Part shown: piece after piece, positions 34,150 through 42,891 of the stretch
Numbering within the stretch: position 1 is the stretch's first letter
Layout of the letters: each line of letters opens with the position of its first letter
Origin: Methanobacteriota archaeon
GTDB taxonomy: Archaea; Thermoplasmatota; Thermoplasmata; UBA10834; DTMW01
Direction of reading: 5' to 3'
NCBI GenBank assembly: GCA_011046235.1
Contig: DSAX01000053.1
Span: 1-45,257, forward strand
DNA: 45,257 nucleotides
The notes under the pieces: generated by a model
Told to the model about the DNA's origin: nothing
The model's input: only the letters and a program-made list of their open reading frames with translations
Databases searched by the model: none
Translations under genes and position numbers: made by a program

Positions 34150-35130
34150 CTACCGGAAGCCGATATTGCCGCTCTGGAACCGGTCGTAATCCTCCGGAAG
34201 GCCTGCGCTCTTCATCCCGAGGTCGAAACAGCCGATGGCCGCGAGCGCCCCGATCTTTCCCCGCGGACCCGAGATCTCTATCAGCTGAATATCCGCATCC
34301 TCTGCGACGCGCGTAGCCTCCTCCACGGTCAGTATCTTCTCCTTGGCCTTGATCCCGAACTCCACAGCGGTCTTTGGGACATCTAGACCTGCAAATATCG
34401 CCATTGCGGTCTGATCCGAATAGCTGCCGTCAAGGAAGAACTTCCGGGAGAACTCGACTGCGTCCGCGATCTTATCGGGGGGGACCGCGAAAGAAACACC
34501 GGTCGATGTACAGTTCGTCGTCTTGTGGGGCGCGCGGTGGTTAAGCTGGATGATCTTATGCTGGATATAGGTGCCGAATGGCATCTCGTTTGCCAGTTTC
34601 AGCCCCAGAGCCCATGTAGCCCCCTTCTCGTCAGAGTCGGTGTCGTCCAACCCGATGATCAGATGCCTCATCTCAGGGGTCTTTATCCGGACTTTCACCT
34701 CGGCAGTACCACCCAGCTCGGATAGTCTTTCATATTCCGTCTCGATCACGCCGCTCGCCTGGGGCAGACATGCTCCTACGCCGATTGAGGCGCCGGCCAG
34801 TCCGACCCAGGAAGTGGTCACGATGCCGTCCTCGACGCTCACCGCCTTCAATGCCTGTCCCCCGGTATCCGCCGATACTGGCCCGAAGTGGACCTCTCCC
34901 TCCCCTATTTCCGCATCCATGACGAGGGAGCAGCCTCTGATCTCGATTCTTCGGATGGCTCCGCCGGCTCTGAGCCGGTTCACCGCATCCCACTCGACCG
35001 GCCCTCGCGCGCTGCATTTCTCAATAATCCTGGCCCTGGTTCCAGCCTCATCGACCATCGTGATAAGGCCTTCTGCGAACATCTTCCCGAATCTTCTTCT
35101 CACCTGTTCAGGAGTCAGGACCTCAGACAT
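34150..35130 (-). CDS. Conserved hypothetical protein: an unknown N-terminal domain of about 150 aa fused to a TiaS-N-terminal (TCKD/DUF1743-like) domain
   Basis: IIGLDDTDSDEKGATWAL, QLNHRAPHKTTNCTSTG and GPRGKIGALAAIGC parallel the GIDDTDS..G.CTTY, RLNP.IP.KTRGNGA and GRGLIGALAAVG blocks I remember from agmatidine synthetase TiaS. There is no OB-fold or zinc-ribbon tail. Confidence 0.5.
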   Translation of the reverse strand: MSEVLTPEQVRRRFGKMFAEGLITMVDEAGTRARIIEKCSARGPVEWDAVNRLRAGGAIRRIEIRGCSLVMDAEIGEGEVHFGPVSADTGGQALKAVSVEDGIVTTSWVGLAGASIGVGACLPQASGVIETEYERLSELGGTAEVKVRIKTPEMRHLIIGLDDTDSDEKGATWALGLKLANEMPFGTYIQHKIIQLNHRAPHKTTNCTSTGVSFAVPPDKIADAVEFSRKFFLDGSYSDQTAMAIFAGLDVPKTAVEFGIKAKEKILTVEEATRVAEDADIQLIEISGPRGKIGALAAIGCFDLGMKSAGLPEDYDRFQSGNIGFR

Positions 35131-35148
35131 GTGTCACTCTCGCTTCAA

Positions 35149-35859
35149 TCAGAATATCGTCGCTTCCCCAGGCTTTAGGATTCTTACCTCCGTCTCGACC
35201 AGCTTCGAAACCTCGGACTTGAACCTTTCGGGATCCGTCTCTATCGGCGGCCAGGTATTGTAATGCATCGGTATCGCCACCCTCGGCCTGAGCATCTCTA
35301 CGGCCATTGCCGCCTGAACCGCATCCATGGTGTAGAAGCCTCCGATGGGCAGCATTGCGGCATCGAGGGCGAACAGCTTGCCGATCAGCCTCATGTCTCC
35401 GAAGAGGGCCGTATCACCGGCATGGTAGACGGTCTTGCCGCTCTCTATGACCAGGCCGGTGGCTACGCCTGCGGCTCCCGCGAGCCCTTCGACATCGGCG
35501 CCAGCGGAGTGGTCTGCCCGGGTCATGAATATATTCGAACCGCCGATGCGCGCCGTGCCCCCGATATTCGGGCCGATTGCCTCACAGCCCTGGCTCTCAA
35601 AATAGTTGGCGAGCTCGAAAACGGCCAGTATCTTGGCGCCGTTCCTCTTGGCGATACTTACCGCATCCCCCAGGTGATCGCCGTGTCCATGGGTGACGCA
35701 GACTATGTCACAGGATAGGTCTTCCGGCGAAACCGGCGATACAGGGTTTTCCCCGATGAACGGATCTATCAAGATCCTGTCATTTCCCTCTACAAGGAAT
35801 GCGGAGTGCCCGAGCCAGGTGATCTTCAATGGATTACCTCCTGGTTTTTGTCCCACCAT
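35149..35859 (-). CDS. UPF0173-family metallo-beta-lactamase-fold hydrolase
   Basis: KITWLGHSAFLVEGNDRILIDPF and VCVTHGHGDHLGDA (HxHxDH) motifs; size about 230 aa. Confidence 0.8.
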   Translation of the reverse strand: MVGQKPGGNPLKITWLGHSAFLVEGNDRILIDPFIGENPVSPVSPEDLSCDIVCVTHGHGDHLGDAVSIAKRNGAKILAVFELANYFESQGCEAIGPNIGGTARIGGSNIFMTRADHSAGADVEGLAGAAGVATGLVIESGKTVYHAGDTALFGDMRLIGKLFALDAAMLPIGGFYTMDAVQAAMAVEMLRPRVAIPMHYNTWPPIETDPERFKSEVSKLVETEVRILKPGEATIF

Positions 35860-36159
35860 ATTCTTCCTATTTACCCTTTATGGCGATCCCCAATTCCTGC
35901 ACAGAATTCCGTTCTCCGCTCAATCGCGGTCCGACACTGCGACGCCCGGGAAACGATTCGGTCGCCTAATTGTCAAAAAATTGAAGATTCTAAGCAACAA
36001 TGTGCGGAACCACACCGCTTAATTATGGTCAAATGACCACAATTTCGGCGAAATGATATTCCATTTTTGCTCTCCGGCCAAAAAGGTTTATCTGGGAGAA
36101 TTTAATGGTCACTCGGATTGCTCCGGACCGATGTCCGGCATCCTCTGTGGTGATGCTTC

Positions 36160-37416
36160 ATGGGAATGACGATTTCTGAGAAGATACTCGGTGCGCACTC
36201 GGGCATTGAAGCAAATGCGGGCGATATCGTGGTTGCGGACATCGATTATGCCATGGGACAGGATGGGACGACCCCGCTCTCCATCAGGGCGTTTCAGAAA
36301 ATGAAAGGCGGTTCTTTGAAGAACTCGGATAGGCTATCGATAGTCATCGACCACAGCTCCCCCAGCCCGAATGAGGGCGTTTCCGCACTTCACAAGATGA
36401 TGCGCGAGTTCGCGGAGGAGAAGGGATGCAACATCTACGACATAGGCGAGGGCGTGTGTCATCAGCTCATTCCCGAAAGAGGGCATGTTGTACCCGGAGA
36501 CCTCGTCGTCGGGGCGGACAGCCATACCTGCACCTACGGTGCGCTCAACGCCTTTTCCACAGGCATCGGATCGACCGATCTCGCTGCCGTCTGGCTAACG
36601 GGAAAGCTATGGTTCAGGGTACCATCCACAATTAACATCGTTTACAGGGGGAGGCTCCCGAAGGGCGTGTTCTCAAAGGATATCATGCTTCATACGGTCG
36701 GTAAAATGACCGCCGACGGGGCATCGTACGAGGCGGTGGAGTTCAGGGGGTCGACCATATCGAGGATGAGCGTGGACGCAAGGATGACGATGTCCAACAT
36801 GGCGGTCGAGATGGGCGCTAAGGCGGGCATATTCGAATGCGACCAGAAGGTAATGGATTACGTCTCGGCGAAGACCAACCGGCAGCCAAAGCCCACCGGC
36901 TCCGACGACGATGCCGTCTTCTCCAGAGAGCTCGAAATACGCGTTTCCGACCTGATCCCGATGGTGGCGAGACCGCATTCGGTTGACAATGTGGCTCCGG
37001 TGGAAGCCCTACTGGAAACGCCGATCCAGCAGGCGTTCATCGGTACCTGCACGAACGGCAGGCTCGAGGATCTGAGGATAGCGGCGAGGATCCTGAAGGG
37101 GAGACGGATCAAGCACGGGGTGAGGCTTATCGTCGCGCCGGCATCCAAGAACATATTCCTCGACGCGATGCGAGTCGGGATCATCCACACCATCGTCAAG
37201 GCGGGAGGTGTCTTCGTCACACCCGGATGCGGATGTTGCGTCGGGACTCACAACGGTATCCCCTCCGACGGTGAGAATGTCATATCGACGGCGAACAGGA
37301 ATTTCAAGGGTAGGATGGGCAACAGCAACGCGTTCATTTACCTGGCCAGCCCGGCGACCGTCGCTGCATCGGCCTTGAAGGGATGTATTGCAGATCCCAG
37401 GGAGGTGGTCTGGTGA
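36160..37416 (+). CDS. leuC: 3-Isopropylmalate dehydratase (or homoaconitase) large subunit
   Basis: MTISEKIL start, GVCHQ, GADSHTCTYGALNAF, GTCTNGRLEDL and PGCGCCVG cluster ligands. Confidence 0.85.
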   Translation: MGMTISEKILGAHSGIEANAGDIVVADIDYAMGQDGTTPLSIRAFQKMKGGSLKNSDRLSIVIDHSSPSPNEGVSALHKMMREFAEEKGCNIYDIGEGVCHQLIPERGHVVPGDLVVGADSHTCTYGALNAFSTGIGSTDLAAVWLTGKLWFRVPSTINIVYRGRLPKGVFSKDIMLHTVGKMTADGASYEAVEFRGSTISRMSVDARMTMSNMAVEMGAKAGIFECDQKVMDYVSAKTNRQPKPTGSDDDAVFSRELEIRVSDLIPMVARPHSVDNVAPVEALLETPIQQAFIGTCTNGRLEDLRIAARILKGRRIKHGVRLIVAPASKNIFLDAMRVGIIHTIVKAGGVFVTPGCGCCVGTHNGIPSDGENVISTANRNFKGRMGNSNAFIYLASPATVAASALKGCIADPREVVW

Positions 37417-37913
37417 ACCTGAAGGGGAAGGCGCACAAGTTCGGGGACTCGATCAACACGGACTACATCATCTCGGGCAAGTACAAGTTCAAGACCCTCG
37501 ACATGGACGAACTGGCCACGCACGTCATGGAGGATCTCGACCCCGACTTCTGCTCGAAGGTCACGGCAGGGGATTTCATCGTGGCGGGGAAGAACTTCGG
37601 CCTCGGGAGCAGCCGCGAGCAGGCGCCGTTGGCGATCAAGCACGCGAAGATATCGGCCGTTATCGCCCGGTCTTTCGCGAGGATATTCTTCAGGAACGCG
37701 ATCAATACCGGCCTGCCAATTCTGATTTGCAGAGACGCGGACAGGATCGACGAGGGAGACGAGCTGGAGGTCGACCTCTCATCCGGCCTGATCATCAATC
37801 GCACCAAAGAGGAGGAGCTGAAGGCGGAAAAGCTTCCCCCGATCATGATCAGGATTTTGGAGGAAGGCGGGTTGGCCGAACATCTCATAAGGCATGGCGG
37901 ATTTGAGGTATAG
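37413..37913 (+). CDS. leuD: 3-Isopropylmalate dehydratase (or homoaconitase) small subunit
   Basis: GDSINTDYIISGKY and GKNFGLGSSREQAPLAIK motifs. The start is set at the GTG that overlaps the leuC stop (GTGA). The upstream part of the listed ORF overlaps leuC and is unlikely to be coding. Confidence 0.85.
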   Translation: MNLKGKAHKFGDSINTDYIISGKYKFKTLDMDELATHVMEDLDPDFCSKVTAGDFIVAGKNFGLGSSREQAPLAIKHAKISAVIARSFARIFFRNAINTGLPILICRDADRIDEGDELEVDLSSGLIINRTKEEELKAEKLPPIMIRILEEGGLAEHLIRHGGFEV

Positions 37914-37931
37914 CTATTTGGAGGTCTTTTA

Positions 37932-38978
37932 TTGGCGAAGCACAAAATCACGCTCATACCCGGTGACGGAATCGGCCCTGAGGTGACCGATGCGGCCGTC
38001 ACGGTTCTCGAGGCGACCGGTGTCAAGTTCGAGTGGGAGAAGATGGATGCCGGCGAAGCGGCGATCAAGCAGTACGGGACGCCCCTTCCGGAGATGGTAC
38101 TCGACAGCCTGAGGAAGAATAAGGTCGGGCTGAAGGGCCCTGTGACCACGCCCATAGGCTCCGGCTTCAGGAGCGTCAATGTGGCGATGAGGCAGACTCT
38201 GGACCTCTATGCCTGTGTAAGGCCGGCCCGCTCGATAGCCGGCGTCGGCACTCTCTACAGGGATATCGACCTGGTTATTGTCAGGGAGGCGACAGAAGGC
38301 CTGTATTCGGGCGTCGAGCACTGGGTGGATAGAGAGCATTCAGCAGCAGAGACCGTTAACATCATAACGAGAAAAAACTCCGAGCGGATCGTTCGTTACG
38401 CCTTCGAATACGCGCGAAGAGAGGGCCGTAAAAAGATCACCGCGGTTCACAAGGCGAACATCATGAAGTGCACCGGCAGCCTATTCCAGGATATATCGAG
38501 AGAGGTGGCGGCCGAATATCCGGACATCGAGTTCGAGGAGCGGCTGGTCGACAACATGTGCATGCAGCTCGTTAAGAAGCCGAATCTGTACGACGTCATC
38601 GTGACCACTAATCTATTCGGAGACATTATATCGGACCTCACGGCAGGGCTGTCAGGCGGTCTTGGCGTAGCCCCGGGAGGGAACATCGGAGATGAGGTAG
38701 CGCTTTTCGAACCCGTACATGGATCCGCGCCTAAGTATGCGGGCCAGAACAAGGTCAACCCGGTCGCAGAGATACTTTCGGGCGAGATGCTGCTGAGACA
38801 TATTGGAGAGAAAAGGGCGGCGGACCGCGTATGGAAAGCCGTATGCGCGGTCATCGAGGAGAAGAAGGTGCTCACCTATGATCTGGCACTCGCGATCGAC
38901 CCAACTGGAAAATCGGTGAAAATCTCCTCTCTTTCGGAAATGGCCGAAGAAATCGCTGGCAAAGTCGAGAATATGTGA
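37932..38978 (+). CDS. Beta-decarboxylating dehydrogenase (3-isopropylmalate/homoisocitrate/isocitrate dehydrogenase family); its context favours LeuB
   Basis: [45 protein letters not shown] and [10 protein letters not shown] motifs. TTG start 19 nt after leuD. The sequence resembles the HICDH/IDH3-like branch, so substrate assignment needs phylogeny. Confidence 0.8.
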   Translation: MAKHKITLIPGDGIGPEVTDAAVTVLEATGVKFEWEKMDAGEAAIKQYGTPLPEMVLDSLRKNKVGLKGPVTTPIGSGFRSVNVAMRQTLDLYACVRPARSIAGVGTLYRDIDLVIVREATEGLYSGVEHWVDREHSAAETVNIITRKNSERIVRYAFEYARREGRKKITAVHKANIMKCTGSLFQDISREVAAEYPDIEFEERLVDNMCMQLVKKPNLYDVIVTTNLFGDIISDLTAGLSGGLGVAPGGNIGDEVALFEPVHGSAPKYAGQNKVNPVAEILSGEMLLRHIGEKRAADRVWKAVCAVIEEKKVLTYDLALAIDPTGKSVKISSLSEMAEEIAGKVENM

Positions 38979-38981
38979 ATT

Positions 38982-39833
38982 CTAGATCGAGTCTTTCGAT
39001 AGGAATCTCGCTGGGACATCAAAAAGGTTGAGTGCTTGTATTCTGTCCGATTCGTATACGAGAAATTTCCCCTTGATGCCGATAAGCCTGCCTGAGTGCA
39101 TCCCCCAGCTCTCGGCCAATCTCGGAACTGACCCGAGCGGTTCCTCTAACGGATAGTCGTCCAGGAAGTTCAGTTTATCAGTCTTCAACCCCATCCTGCC
39201 CTCGATGCTGTCGCTCAGACCGGACCAGATCTCCTCAATGTTCCTCCTCTTGCTCGGGATCTGAAGCGATTTCAGGACGGTGATGCTGCTCGGTCGTTCG
39301 GTGATCCTCATACGCTTCGATATCTCCTGCTCTGCCTTTCTGGCACAGATTCGGTTCGGAAAAACGTCGGCCACGAAATATGCATCTGCCCCCTGCTCTA
39401 TCAGCCTTCTCCGTACCCGAGATTTGAGCGTCATACCCACCTTCGGCTTTGCCCCGAAGAAGGCGATGTATACGCAATGCTCCTTCCGGCAGATCGGTGA
39501 ATCGCAGAGGGTTCCATCGCATTTCGGCTCGAATAGGCATTCCTGTACGGCGATAAACTCCTCGGCGCATTCCGGGCACTGTGAGAACCTCTTAACACTT
39601 GCACCAGTTCTGCAAGGTACATACTTGCCATCTATGAACGATCCTATGCATCTCCTTTTTCTGCTGATGGAAAAACCGAAATGTCGTTCGAAAATGAAAG
39701 GTATAAGCTGCCCCTCATCGAGATCATTGATTAGAAGCTCGGGCTCGAAATCATCCCAGCCATAGCTGATCGCGTGCAGCCGAAAATCATTTTCCAGCTG
39801 CATGACCCTCAGCTGATCCGCCCTGGAAAACAT
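38982..39833 (-). CDS. Cys-rich hypothetical protein (reminiscent of DUF2797): zinc-ribbon-like cluster followed by a possible GIY-YIG/T5orf172-like core
   Basis: Cysteine cluster: C..(9)..C.....QCPEC........C....KCDGTLCDSPIC...HC. It is followed by VYIAFFGAKPKVGMTLKSRVRRRLIEQGA. The family name is from memory only. Confidence 0.6.
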   Translation of the reverse strand: MFSRADQLRVMQLENDFRLHAISYGWDDFEPELLINDLDEGQLIPFIFERHFGFSISRKRRCIGSFIDGKYVPCRTGASVKRFSQCPECAEEFIAVQECLFEPKCDGTLCDSPICRKEHCVYIAFFGAKPKVGMTLKSRVRRRLIEQGADAYFVADVFPNRICARKAEQEISKRMRITERPSSITVLKSLQIPSKRRNIEEIWSGLSDSIEGRMGLKTDKLNFLDDYPLEEPLGSVPRLAESWGMHSGRLIGIKGKFLVYESDRIQALNLFDVPARFLSKDSI

Positions 39834-39854
39834 CCGGAGTAACTCCGCATGCGA

Positions 39855-39870
39855 TTATTAAATTATTTTT
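39855..39870 (-). promoter_or_regulatory. Candidate TATA-like element (minus strand AAAAATAATTTAATAAT) for the Cys-rich protein gene
   Basis: AT-rich box centred about 29 nt upstream of the ATG at 39833. Confidence 0.4.
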
Positions 39871-40439
39871 CGAAAGGATAGCCGAGAGTGTTTCGTCTCC
39901 GACAGGTACTTTCAGTTAAAATACGCTGGTAACAGAGCTTTCGGGATGTTTTGCTATGGGGGGCCAGTTGATTTAGTCGGACACCTTGATATTCATATCA
40001 AAACTGTGGGTGGTTCGAATTCTGGAGGAAATGGCGTGTCCTCGGACCTCAAATGGTCCCCCGCAACCACTGTTTCCGCTCTGTCATTCGCATGATTCAT
40101 CTTTGCCCACAGTCCTTATTCGCGTTCGTTCTCCAGATTCGATTGCGGCATAGTCTGATTTTTTTTCATAGGATATAAGCTATTTGAATTTGACAAATGG
40201 CTATCTCCCAATTCTATTTATTATAAATATGACGGTCAATTTCGATTTTCATCGTCATTTTGCTAAGCCAATTGATAAAATCGCTTCGATATCGCCACTT
40301 TTGTCAGAATTAATCTGAGAAGCCAATTGATTTTCAAATCAGTAAAATCGGTACCATGATGTGCAGTTATGAACCGTTATTTGGGTCGTTATCGTCGCCA
40401 TATTGCAGAAGCTATTTATTGATTTCCAGTTTAATCAGT

Positions 40440-41117
40440 CTATTCCTGCGGCAAATTAGTTTCGTCATCTGCAATATTGTCAGGCGGTTCCGCCTTATGA
40501 ATGAACGCAGGGGGCACCTCATCGGTGAGATAGACCGTTTTTCCGGCCCTCTGAATGACTATGCCATCTGACTGCGCCCCTTTGGTATCGATCTCCAGTA
40601 TAACGGGGTCTTGCGTCCTTACCCTGCCGGCATTCATTGCGTCGTTGTATGTCTTGCTCAAATGCACCTTTTTACGGTCTGAAGGTCTCAGTCCAGTCTC
40701 GATTACGATATCGACTTCCTCAGGTGTTGTAGGGTAGTACAGAATGTCTGGGATGCCCTTCGTGGGCAGATCCAGATCTATGTCGATCGAATGTCCGTAT
40801 GTTGCCCTTATCTTGCCGTCCCTGTACTCGTACCGGCCCTTCGGATCGGTCTCGATTATCGCGATTATGTGATGCGGTCTCAGCCATTTCAGCCTGTAAT
40901 ACTTGTTCTGCATCGAGCTTATGAAATCCCTGAGGTCTACAAAGCCATGATCGTCCATTTCGAGGTCAAACTTATCCGGAAAGTGCCTGAGGGTTCCGGC
41001 CATCGTCCTCCCCATTCTGTCAAGCTCCTCAGAACTCATGAGGAATTTGCCCTCCTGCCCACACAGCGGGCAGATCTCGTCCCTGAAATATCCGTGGTCC
41101 CTGCACTCTCTAAGCAA
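40440..41117 (-). CDS. kptA: RNA 2'-phosphotransferase Tpt1/KptA with an N-terminal zinc-ribbon-like extension
   Basis: GTLRHFPDKFDLEMDDHGFVDL, RYEYRDGKIRATYGHS and KVHLSKTYNDA match Tpt1 blocks (LRH.P, R/GHS, VHLS). The N-terminal CRDHGYFRDEICPLCG is additional. TTG start. Confidence 0.8.
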   Translation of the reverse strand: MLRECRDHGYFRDEICPLCGQEGKFLMSSEELDRMGRTMAGTLRHFPDKFDLEMDDHGFVDLRDFISSMQNKYYRLKWLRPHHIIAIIETDPKGRYEYRDGKIRATYGHSIDIDLDLPTKGIPDILYYPTTPEEVDIVIETGLRPSDRKKVHLSKTYNDAMNAGRVRTQDPVILEIDTKGAQSDGIVIQRAGKTVYLTDEVPPAFIHKAEPPDNIADDETNLPQE

Positions 41118-41242
41118 GCTATTTTCCCCTGAACATTCCTGATGAATGCTTGCAAATGATATATCTCTTTTCTAAGGTGGCGAAGGTTTGAAAATAAGGA
41201 AAACTGGGCGCCGAGAAAAAACGGACGCCACAAGATTTCGTT

Positions 41243-42568
41243 TCAGCCTTCGGTCGGACTTGCGGCTATGGATTTGCTCTCGGTGGGTCTTCTAGTCAAG
41301 AAAGCCAGGCCAGCGGCGACTAGAGACGCAAAGCCGATTGCCACGAACACGAAGACGAATCCTCCCTCAGTTCCAGCGAGTAGTCCGGGGATGAGCGCGC
41401 CTAAGATGCCCGCGGCACCGTATCCCGTGAATACGAGTCCGTAATTGATGCCGAGGTTCTTCGTGCCGAAATAGTCGGCAGTCATCGATGGAAAGAGCGC
41501 GAAGTTACCGCCGAATGTGAATCCCACGAGCGAAGCCAGCGAAGTAAGGCCGAAGAACTGCAGCATCTCTCCCTCTGGCTTTACCAACAGGAATCCAGCA
41601 GCACCGAATAGCACCGCACTCTGCACGATGAACATGAGCTTCAGAGTATTCGTCCTCCCAAGCCTATCAGATACAGCTCCCCAGCCGATTCTGCCGGCAC
41701 CATTGAACAGAGCGAGTATCCCCGCGATTAGCGAGAACTGCGCGACCACCATCAGATTCTCGGACGGGTCGAGGTAGAGCGCCAGATTCTTCACATTGCC
41801 GATCATCATCAGCCCCGCAGTTGCGGAAAGCGCGAACATCGCCCATAGAAGGAAGTATGTCCGTGTATGGACCATTTTCGACCATTCGTAATCTCTGAGC
41901 GCGATAACCTTTCCGTTCTCCTTCGATTGAGGTATGTATCCCCTAGGTCTCCAACCAGCTGGCGGATTCCGGAGAAGCTGCGCTCCCGCCACTATGGTCA
42001 CGAGGAAAATCATGCCGAGGTAGAGGAACGCTCCGTCCAGGCCTATGTCTGGGTTCTTGATCATCCAGTCGCCGATTTGCGCAAAGATGAACGCGCCAGC
42101 GCCGAACCCTGCCACCACGATTCCGCTGACCAGTCCTTTCTTGTCCGGGAACCATTTGACTCCAGCCGCCAGCGGGCATACATAGCCGAGTCCCAGACCT
42201 ATGCCGCCTATTACCCCATACGACAGGTACATCAGGAGCAAGTTGTCATTCACGAATGACGCGAGTATGTACCCGAGGGCGTACACTACACCGGACACAG
42301 ACGCAACCACCCGCGGCCCTCTCTTGTCCTGGAACCGGCCTGCGAAAATCATCGTGACCGCGAATACCGCGATTGCGACGGCGAAAATGCCCAGTATCGC
42401 AAAAGACTTCGAATCATGATCGAGCGTCTGGGAAAGGGACGAGGTGAATATCGAAAAAGCGTACACCGATCCCAGGGCGAGCTGAATCATGACGGCTCCG
42501 AGGATTACGGGCCATCTGCTTCTTATCGTTTTTTCATCTGACAGATTTTCATCTCCACATTCATACAA
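41243..42568 (-). CDS. MFS transporter, oxalate/formate antiporter (OFA)-like family
   Basis: About 12 predicted TM segments. The N-terminal RWPVILGAVMIQLALGSVYAFSIF is typical of OFA members. Confidence 0.8.
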   Translation of the reverse strand: MYECGDENLSDEKTIRSRWPVILGAVMIQLALGSVYAFSIFTSSLSQTLDHDSKSFAILGIFAVAIAVFAVTMIFAGRFQDKRGPRVVASVSGVVYALGYILASFVNDNLLLMYLSYGVIGGIGLGLGYVCPLAAGVKWFPDKKGLVSGIVVAGFGAGAFIFAQIGDWMIKNPDIGLDGAFLYLGMIFLVTIVAGAQLLRNPPAGWRPRGYIPQSKENGKVIALRDYEWSKMVHTRTYFLLWAMFALSATAGLMMIGNVKNLALYLDPSENLMVVAQFSLIAGILALFNGAGRIGWGAVSDRLGRTNTLKLMFIVQSAVLFGAAGFLLVKPEGEMLQFFGLTSLASLVGFTFGGNFALFPSMTADYFGTKNLGINYGLVFTGYGAAGILGALIPGLLAGTEGGFVFVFVAIGFASLVAAGLAFLTRRPTESKSIAASPTEG

Positions 42569-42868
42569 TCAAACAAATTCTACCGAGACGGTCGGGAGGC
42601 CCGATATGGCGCCTATCAGATTGAGCCTGTCAGCCTCTGCTGCTTCTCCTATCACACTGCTTCGTTCTACAAGGCTCTCGACCTGATATCCGACATTCGC
42701 TTCCGCGATCTCAAACGGATCGCTCTCGCGCCCTTCGGGCAGCTTATTGATCACTTCAGTAATAGCTGTTAAAAGAGGGCGTCCCTCCAATTTGTCGGCC
42801 TGCTTGGCCGGTTCTGCGCATGCTCTGAACCTTCCGTTTCCATCAGTCATTCTTTCGAGAGGGATCAT
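42569..42868 (-). CDS. Hypothetical 99-aa protein, translationally adjacent to the MFS transporter gene
   Basis: Its stop codon abuts the transporter start (42569/42568). The composition looks soluble and acidic. No family recognised. Confidence 0.5.
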   Translation of the reverse strand: MIPLERMTDGNGRFRACAEPAKQADKLEGRPLLTAITEVINKLPEGRESDPFEIAEANVGYQVESLVERSSVIGEAAEADRLNLIGAISGLPTVSVEFV

Positions 42869-42891
42869 CTTTCAATTCACCTGAGATTCAG

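Noticed and set aside
37388-37906. 172-aa alternative-frame ORF within leuD
   Set aside because: It translates to Arg/Gly-rich low-complexity sequence, whereas the other frame carries the LeuD motifs.
40021-40045. GGAGGAAATGGCGTGTCC, which resembles the RNase P RNA CR-I box (GAGGAAAGTCC)
   Set aside because: Only a partial match. I could not find the other conserved RNase P regions nearby, and the foldable island is far shorter than an RNase P RNA.
39958-40062. Possible intron-containing tRNA (8-bp terminal helix, TAGTCGGA D-loop-like string, GGTTCGAAT T-loop-like string)
   Set aside because: I could not fold a cloverleaf on either strand. The nucleotides flanking TTCGAAT do not pair (GGTGG versus TCTGG). 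The two clean hairpins have 6-nt rather than 7-nt loops. Positions 8-9 are atypical. No bulge-helix-bulge placement rescued it. It is kept only as an ncRNA candidate in the findings.
40356-40571. 71-aa plus-strand ORF at the end of the long spacer
   Set aside because: Its second half overlaps the 3' end of the well-supported kptA gene on the opposite strand. The translation is Ser/Leu/Ile-rich from AT-rich sequence, with no start context.
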